Origin: Candidatus Methylomirabilis oxygeniifera
GTDB lineage: Bacteria; Methylomirabilota; Methylomirabilia; Methylomirabilales; Methylomirabilaceae
Assembly: GCA_000091165.1 (NCBI GenBank)
Contig: FP565575.1
Location: forward strand, 2,160,001 to 2,192,000
Direction of reading: 5' to 3'
DNA length: 32,000 bases
This document shows, in pieces, positions 26,701 to 32,000 of the stretch (its first letter is position 1; each line of letters begins with the position of its first letter). The position numbers and the translations under genes are program-made. Under the pieces are notes generated by a model, which worked only from the letters and a program-made list of their open reading frames with translations, was not told the DNA's origin and did not search any database.

Positions 26701-26878
26701 CCTGGGGCGGCAGGCTGGGGGCCTCAGTTTGAATGACGACCTGGGGCGGGGCGAACTCGGGAAAGACATCGAGGGTGATCCGACGTAGCGTGAATAGGCC
26801 GACAATCAACAGAACCACGAAGGCAACCACTACGAGGACGCGATTTGTCAGCGACCGTTCGATGATCCAGGCAAACAT
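23765..26878 (-). CDS. Heavy-metal efflux RND permease (CusA/CzcA family)
   Basis: 1037 aa; [88 protein letters not shown]. Confidence 0.95.
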   Translation of the reverse strand: [1037 protein letters not shown]

Positions 26879-26891
26879 TGTGAATAAGCTG

Positions 26892-26919
26892 TCAGCACTC
26901 AGCTATCAGCGCTCAGCAA
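26892..26919. repeat. Tandem TCAGCNN heptads x4
   Basis: tcagcac-tcagcta-tcagcgc-tcagcaa, followed by inverted agctgacgactgac. Confidence 0.85.
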
Positions 26920-26993
26920 GAGCTGACGACTGACTGCGGACGACCCTCCTTCCACGCACAGCACATAAGCGTCTATGCCTTGAACTCCGCACA

Positions 26994-28262
26994 TCAATGC
27001 GTGTGGCCACCCAGCGCCGGTCCCCCACCCTTTTCCGCAAGCCACTTCGCGTAGAGCTGGCGGCTGCCATCGGTGACAACGCGGTCGCCTGCCGTGAGAC
27101 CTCGCGTCACTTCAGCGAAGCGGTCATCGCGGGTTCCCAGCCCGAGGTCTGCGCGAATATACGCGCCGCCCCGTTCGACAAAAGTGAACTCCGACCCCTC
27201 AGCACTGATAACGGCCTCAACCGGAATCGTCAGGCTCCTGCGCTGCTCGCCCACAATGACGTAGACCTGAGCGAAGAGATCCTGTTTCAACAACCCCCGA
27301 CGATTGATGACCTCTGCCCATACCGAAATGGTCCGCTTTGTCGGGTTGACCGTCGGACTGATAAAGCTGATCTTCCCCTCAAAGATCTCATCCGGATACG
27401 CAGCGATCACGACCCGGACCTTTTGTCCAAGCTGAAGCACCGGCAGGATGTCCTCGAATGCCTCCCCCTCGACAAGCATGATGGAGGTATCGATAATCCT
27501 CATCAACACAACGTTGGGTTCAATCGCCTGACCAATCACGACGTTGCGCTCGACGATCGTCCCGCCGATGGGAGCCGGCAGATGCAGCGTGGCAACTGTC
27601 TGTTTCTCGCGAATCCGTGCGATCGCCTCCTTGGGCAGGCCAAGAAAGTTCAGTTGGCGCGTCAGACTCTCGATCTCATTCAGGTTCTCCCGATGCTGAT
27701 TCTCGAGTTTTAGCAGCTCTTTTCGGGCAACAATCTCCCGTTCAACGAGCAACCGAACACGCTCCAGATCAACCTTCGTCAGCGCCAGCTTATTCTCCGC
27801 CTGAATCAGGCCCAGCTCCAACCGTTCCAGCTCGACGCCCTTGATGTCCAACAGATCATCTCCCCGCCTGACCCAGGCGCCAAGCGACGCATGAACGCTG
27901 AGCACGATGCCCGGCACGCGGCTGGTCACCTGCGCCACCCGATCGGGATGCGGCTTGACAATCCCGTTCAGCTTGCGGACATCCTCAACCGGACGAAGCT
28001 GTGCAACCTCGGTCCTGAGGCCGATGTTCTCGCGCTCTTCCGGCGTCAATCGGACACCGATTGACGCCTCATCCGGGCCGGCCGTCTCCCTGCGCTCGCC
28101 GTCGTGTGGCGCCTGGTCATGCCGATGTTCTTCCGGACCGGGAGGATGGGCGGCTTGACCCGTCTGGCGCGGCGCGGGCGCAGTCTCCGGCTTGCCGCAG
28201 CCGCCTGCCGCGACGGCAATCGCCAGCACTGTCACGCTCATAAGTTGCCTTACTTGCACCAT
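26994..28262 (-). CDS. RND efflux periplasmic adaptor (CusB/HlyD family) with N-terminal lipobox
   Basis: VAIAVAAGGCGKPE lipobox-like region; VTSRVPGIVLSVHASLGAWVRRGDDLLDI; HLPAPIGGTIVERNVVIGQAIEPNVVLMRI. Confidence 0.93.
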   Translation of the reverse strand: MVQVRQLMSVTVLAIAVAAGGCGKPETAPAPRQTGQAAHPPGPEEHRHDQAPHDGERRETAGPDEASIGVRLTPEERENIGLRTEVAQLRPVEDVRKLNGIVKPHPDRVAQVTSRVPGIVLSVHASLGAWVRRGDDLLDIKGVELERLELGLIQAENKLALTKVDLERVRLLVEREIVARKELLKLENQHRENLNEIESLTRQLNFLGLPKEAIARIREKQTVATLHLPAPIGGTIVERNVVIGQAIEPNVVLMRIIDTSIMLVEGEAFEDILPVLQLGQKVRVVIAAYPDEIFEGKISFISPTVNPTKRTISVWAEVINRRGLLKQDLFAQVYVIVGEQRRSLTIPVEAVISAEGSEFTFVERGGAYIRADLGLGTRDDRFAEVTRGLTAGDRVVTDGSRQLYAKWLAEKGGGPALGGHTH

Positions 28263-28388
28263 AGACTACTCACTGACAATGAGATGAAGGAAACTGAAAG
28301 AGGCCGATCCCCTCGCCGGGTAATCGACGGGTAGAAAACTATCTACGCGGCCGAGGAGATGCCTAAGAGAGATCAGGGGGCGTCAACT

Positions 28389-28775
28389 TTAAATCTGATA
28401 GACCGCGTACAGTATATGCAGCCTGTTGGAGGAGGAAAGCGAGGCGGGTCGGAAACCGGGCAGCAAGGCGCCACTCAGCTCATGGTGTCTGACGACCCGG
28501 AGCTGCTTGCCGAGCATTGTTGACGGAGGAAAACTGTGGAGGCTGAGACCGATCTTTGCGTCAGCGCCCGTCTCTTGGCCGGTTACTACGGCATGAAAGA
28601 GGTGCGCATCGCAGATGGCGGGAGGGGATGAGCTATGGTCGAAGTCAGGCGAGGTAACGCGGTGGTACGCAATAGTGCCGGCCTGGTGGAAAAGACAAAA
28701 CGGATAGACCCACAACAGGCAGATAGCCGCGATGAGAGCCACGGTCGGAGCTGTCGATCCAGATCCCCGTCCCAT
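28389..28775 (-). CDS. Small signal-peptide/membrane protein of unknown function, apparent first gene of the metal-efflux operon
   Basis: 128 aa; hydrophobic VALIAAICLLWVYPFCLFH; GAAGGGGA upstream of ATG; promoter-like sequence 27 bp upstream. Confidence 0.5.
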   Translation of the reverse strand: MGRGSGSTAPTVALIAAICLLWVYPFCLFHQAGTIAYHRVTSPDFDHSSSPPAICDAHLFHAVVTGQETGADAKIGLSLHSFPPSTMLGKQLRVVRHHELSGALLPGFRPASLSSSNRLHILYAVYQI

Positions 28776-28808
28776 TGAGTCATCCCCTTCGTTGTTGAGG
28801 ATAACTTT

Positions 28809-28837
28809 ATGCTATCACGACCCGTTTGAGCTTTCAA
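28809..28837 (-). promoter_or_regulatory. Predicted promoter for the 28775-22332 operon
   Basis: Minus strand TTGAAA (28837-28832), 17 nt spacer, TAGCAT (28814-28809). Confidence 0.5.
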
Positions 28838-28850
28838 TTCGGAAAGCTCA
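28827..28850. promoter_or_regulatory. 24 bp inverted repeat TGAGCTTTC-AATTCG-GAAAGCTCA overlapping the -35 box
   Basis: 9 bp perfect arms and 6 bp spacer, checked manually. Confidence 0.6.
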
Positions 28851-28916
28851 CAGCCGCGCTGGGTCTCGGCCGACTCAGTTTGCGAGCACAATGAAGACCG
28901 CTCCTCACATCGTTGA

Positions 28917-30026
28917 CTATACCTTCACAAATTGATTGCCCTGGCCGACCAGACCGCGCGGTCGAATAACGACCTTTCGCTCCGAATCGCTGACCACACG
29001 GCCGATCTGCATGGCGTCCCGGCCGTGATGCTTCACGATCTCCACAAAGGACTCCGCGTCTTCCTCAGCAATGACGACACAGAACCCGATCCCCATATTG
29101 AAGACCTGAAACATCTCATGATCGGGGATCTGCCCGGATTGCTGGATCAGGGAGAAGATCGGAGGGACCGGCGGGAGCTGATCGACCTCATACCCCACCG
29201 GATGAGATACGGTGTCCAGTCGCAGAAGGTTCAGCAACCCATCGCTCGTAATATGGGCGAGCCCTTTAATGGCCAGCGGTCGCTCAAGCGCTTCAACTAC
29301 TTCCGGCACATAGATGATGGTCGGCTCCAGCAACTCTTCCCCAAGTGTTTGCTCAAGCTCTTCGAACTTGGTGTCCACGGTATACCTGTTCTGCGCGAAC
29401 AGGACCCGCCGGGCCAAGGTCAGACCATTACTATGGATCCCGCTGCTTCGGATTCCTATGATGACATCACCGGGAGTCACGGACCTGCCAACGATCACCT
29501 TGTCGAGCGGGACATGTCCGACACACATCCCGACCAGATCGCAGCCCCACCCCTCACGCTCAGACGCGAGCATCTCCCTGACCTGGGCAATCTCCCCACC
29601 GCAGATGGCGACCCCTGCGCGGCGCGCCCCCTCCTTCAGCCCCTGCATCAGTTGATCGATGAGGTCCGGGTTGGCTTGCTGCACCGCGATATAATCCAGA
29701 AACGACATCGGGCGCGCGCCCACGCAGAGCACATCGTTCACATTCATGGCCACGCAGTCGATTCCGACGGTATCGTACTTCTGCATCTTTTCCGCGACCA
29801 TGAGCTTTGTGCCCACGCCGTCGGTCGAGAGGGCCAGACCCATCCCATGACCGAGGTCGATGACGTTGGCAAAAAATCCGATCGGCAGGACCGGCTTTCC
29901 GATCCCTCGTACGAAGGCAAACGTGTCGCTCACCGTCTCGATCACACGGGACAGCACCTGCTCTTCCTGCTCGACATCTACACCGACGCCACGGTAGCTT
30001 GCTACGTCATCCGGATGCTTCTGCAT
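28917..30026 (-). CDS. purM: Phosphoribosylformylglycinamidine cyclo-ligase
   Basis: YRGVGVDVEQEEQV, LALSTDGVGTKLMVA, GIDCVAMNVNDVLCVGARPMSFLDYIA, GIRSSGIHSNGLTLARRV, HITSDGLLNLLRL. Confidence 0.96.
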   Translation of the reverse strand: MQKHPDDVASYRGVGVDVEQEEQVLSRVIETVSDTFAFVRGIGKPVLPIGFFANVIDLGHGMGLALSTDGVGTKLMVAEKMQKYDTVGIDCVAMNVNDVLCVGARPMSFLDYIAVQQANPDLIDQLMQGLKEGARRAGVAICGGEIAQVREMLASEREGWGCDLVGMCVGHVPLDKVIVGRSVTPGDVIIGIRSSGIHSNGLTLARRVLFAQNRYTVDTKFEELEQTLGEELLEPTIIYVPEVVEALERPLAIKGLAHITSDGLLNLLRLDTVSHPVGYEVDQLPPVPPIFSLIQQSGQIPDHEMFQVFNMGIGFCVVIAEEDAESFVEIVKHHGRDAMQIGRVVSDSERKVVIRPRGLVGQGNQFVKV

Positions 30027-30082
30027 CTTCTCCGCCCCTTCCGACTTTAACGCACTTACCTTACAATCCAACGTCCCTACTG

Positions 30083-31309
30083 CTAGTGAGGCTGCTCCAG
30101 CACTTTTGGCTTATACTCGAAGGCACCGATGTCACAGTTCGGCGCGCCATCGCCATTACCATCAATCAGCCGGCTGACACCACGCTGGTCCTCGAGTTCA
30201 CACTCCGCAGGCCACCCGGCATCGATGGCGGGACTACCCGGCTTGAGCGCGTGGGTGAGCGTGTATCCGCCATTCCACTTGAGTGGACCGAGCTTTGGGT
30301 CGACGGGGGCTATGCTACCGGGTGACAACTGACAGGTCATGTCGTTGCTCAAACTGTTCGTACTGCTAGGAGAGAAGGGGAGGGGGGGAAAGATACACTG
30401 CACCGGGGCATTGTTCGCAACGATTGTGTTTACAAGGACGATATTGCTGTCCGTGCTCCCTTGAATACCCCCGCGAGCGTAGTCGGGGGCAAGAGTAGGC
30501 CCATTCCCGTTTTCGGCAACAGTGACATGGATCAATTCGGTATGAGCCCAATCATCGGTGTAGATCCCCAGTTGGTTGTTTCTGCTGACGGTTGTGTTGA
30601 TCAGGGACATGCTCCCATCATTGATAATACCAATACCGTCGCTATGGGAGATTTCTGAGCCCGTAGCGATCAGACTGCCGTTGCTATAGTTTCTAACACC
30701 GCCACCCCCCACAGTGGCGTGGTTCTTCACAACGCGGACGTCGTTCAACTCGGCGTCTCCCTGATTGTGGAGCCCGCCCCCGCCCATTTGGTCGGACGCA
30801 AGGTTGTGCGCGATTTCACTCTTATCAATAAAGAGCGCGGCACCGCTTCCGTTATAAATGCCTCCGCCGACCTTGGCGCTGTTCTTCCAAACCCGAACCC
30901 TCTTCAGGGTCAGATTACCACTGTTCAAGATCCCGCCGCCGTACATTGCGTTTCCGAACATCACATCCAGATCGGTAATCTTGACCGTAGCCCAAGACAT
31001 GACGTGAAAGATACTGAAGCCCGGCCATGCGCCGTGCACGCGAGTGGAAAAGATCCCGGTCCCGTTCACGGTCAGGTCCTTGTTGATGATTACGCCTGAG
31101 GATTCGGCGAATTTACCATCGCCGATGCTGACCGTATCACCCGCAATGGCGATGTCCACCGCATGTTGGATGGAGCGGCACGGCGCCGCCTGCGTGCAGG
31201 TGGGATTATCCGTACCCGACTTGGAAACGTAGCGAGTCGCCCCCCAGGCCTCCGGGACGAGGAGTGGCGTGAGCAGTAAGAGCAGAGAGCCGACGACCCG
31301 GCGATGCAT
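30083..31309 (-). CDS. Secreted right-handed beta-helix repeat protein with choice-of-anchor Q-like C-terminus
   Basis: Signal peptide MHRRVVGSLLLLLTPLLVPEAWGATRYVSKSGTDNPTCTQAAPCRSIQHAV; GGGIYNGSG..., KPGSPAIDAGWPAECELEDQRGVSRLIDGNGDGAPNCDIGAFEY. Confidence 0.88.
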   Translation of the reverse strand: MHRRVVGSLLLLLTPLLVPEAWGATRYVSKSGTDNPTCTQAAPCRSIQHAVDIAIAGDTVSIGDGKFAESSGVIINKDLTVNGTGIFSTRVHGAWPGFSIFHVMSWATVKITDLDVMFGNAMYGGGILNSGNLTLKRVRVWKNSAKVGGGIYNGSGAALFIDKSEIAHNLASDQMGGGGLHNQGDAELNDVRVVKNHATVGGGGVRNYSNGSLIATGSEISHSDGIGIINDGSMSLINTTVSRNNQLGIYTDDWAHTELIHVTVAENGNGPTLAPDYARGGIQGSTDSNIVLVNTIVANNAPVQCIFPPLPFSPSSTNSLSNDMTCQLSPGSIAPVDPKLGPLKWNGGYTLTHALKPGSPAIDAGWPAECELEDQRGVSRLIDGNGDGAPNCDIGAFEYKPKVLEQPH

Positions 31310-31558
31310 CACCCACCTCTTACTCACGGCCAGACCGCGCTTCCATTGGATCCCAAATTGCACAAATGGTGTCATTGTTCCTCCTCATGTCGTTGAGTAC
31401 GACGCACGCCTTGTCACTACCTGCTACCCCAAGGCGACGAAAACGTATCGTATCTTCCGGACATTGTCAAACAATTCTCATAGCTCTTGAATCACCCCAC
31501 CCGCGCCGCGAAATACCGGGACCAATTTACCTCCCTGACGTGAATCAGGCAGGTCAGC

Positions 31559-31587
31559 TTGCGCCTGGGAGTACGAAGGAGTATGAT
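31559..31587 (+). promoter_or_regulatory. Predicted promoter of hicBA
   Basis: TTGCGC - 17 nt - TATGAT. Confidence 0.5.
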
Positions 31588-31638
31588 GACTCGACATGAA
31601 TCTGGAATGGCACCCCTCTTAGACGAAGATAGGAAACA

Positions 31639-31866
31639 ATGATGCGGTACTTCAAAGTGATCGTGGAGAAACACCCGGAAGGTTATGTCGCCTATCCCAT
31701 GGGACTCAAAGGGGTGGTAATCGGCGAAGGCGAGACCTACGAGGATGCCCTGGCAGATGTACAATCTGCCATCCGCTTCCACATCGAGACCTTTGGACCG
31801 GAGGCGCTGAAAGCTGAGTCCCCCATCCTGGACGCCTTTATTGCGGAAGCCACGGTCACGGTCTGA
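31639..31866 (+). CDS. hicB: HicB-family antitoxin
   Basis: YFKVIVEKHPEGYVAYPMGLKGVVIGEGETYEDALADVQSAIRFHIETFG. Confidence 0.88.
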   Translation: MMRYFKVIVEKHPEGYVAYPMGLKGVVIGEGETYEDALADVQSAIRFHIETFGPEALKAESPILDAFIAEATVTV

Positions 31867-32000
31867 TGCTCACGTTTCCGATAGATGTCCCGAAAGCAAA
31901 GGCCATCAAGCCCTTGGAGCGGCTGGGCTTCCGGATAGTCCGAGAGGGGGCACACCTCGCGATGGTGCGCCAAAACCCGGATGAGACGCAGACGTTCCTC
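31866..32000 (+). CDS. hicA: HicA-family toxin, partial (runs off the window)
   Basis: MLTFPIDVPKAKAIKPLERLGFRIVREGAHLAMVRQNPDETQTFL; start overlaps the hicB stop. Confidence 0.85.
   Translation, partial: MLTFPIDVPKAKAIKPLERLGFRIVREGAHLAMVRQNPDETQTFL

Noticed and set aside
28932-30050. 372 aa ORF opposite purM
   Set aside because: Antisense shadow of PurM codons.
31549-31574. Short inverted repeat cctga...tcagg near the hicBA promoter
   Set aside because: 5 bp arms only; too short to distinguish from chance.
1-32000. CRISPR array, retron, DGR or classical defence island
   Set aside because: No regularly spaced direct repeats with unique spacers, reverse transcriptase, Cas, restriction or methylase signatures were seen; the period-7 arrays have no spacers.

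Overview
32 kb window of a high-GC bacterial chromosome. Gene content and repeat style recall NC10/Candidatus Methylomirabilis-like genomes, but that is a guess from memory, not verified. Most of the window is housekeeping: endonuclease IV, ftsEX plus an EnvC-like M23 peptidase, an S41/CtpA protease, tsaD, def, a SurA-like PPIase, mfd, a heptose-1-P adenylyltransferase, a Pal-like OmpA lipoprotein, a CopC-CopD fusion with a heavy-metal RND efflux pair, and purM. Accessory material includes an orphan BrnA-type antitoxin, a VapBC-like pair, a HicBA pair at the right edge, and a DUF4143-type ATPase. I found no CRISPR array, rRNA, tRNA, phage or transposase. The most interesting non-coding signals are: (1) period-7 (heptad) repeat arrays, several in fold-back arrangement and one inserted in frame in tsaD; (2) a palindromic 'PPIPPLQKGG'-type element inserted in frame near the C-terminus of mfd; (3) a perfect 20+3+20 bp inverted repeat covering the start codon of the AAA ATPase; (4) an integron-cassette-like block at the left edge, with a 48 bp imperfect direct repeat and an attC-like fold around brnA and a PNPOx-like gene; (5) an inverted repeat overlapping the -35 box of the putative metal-efflux operon. 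I found no convincing new defence system.
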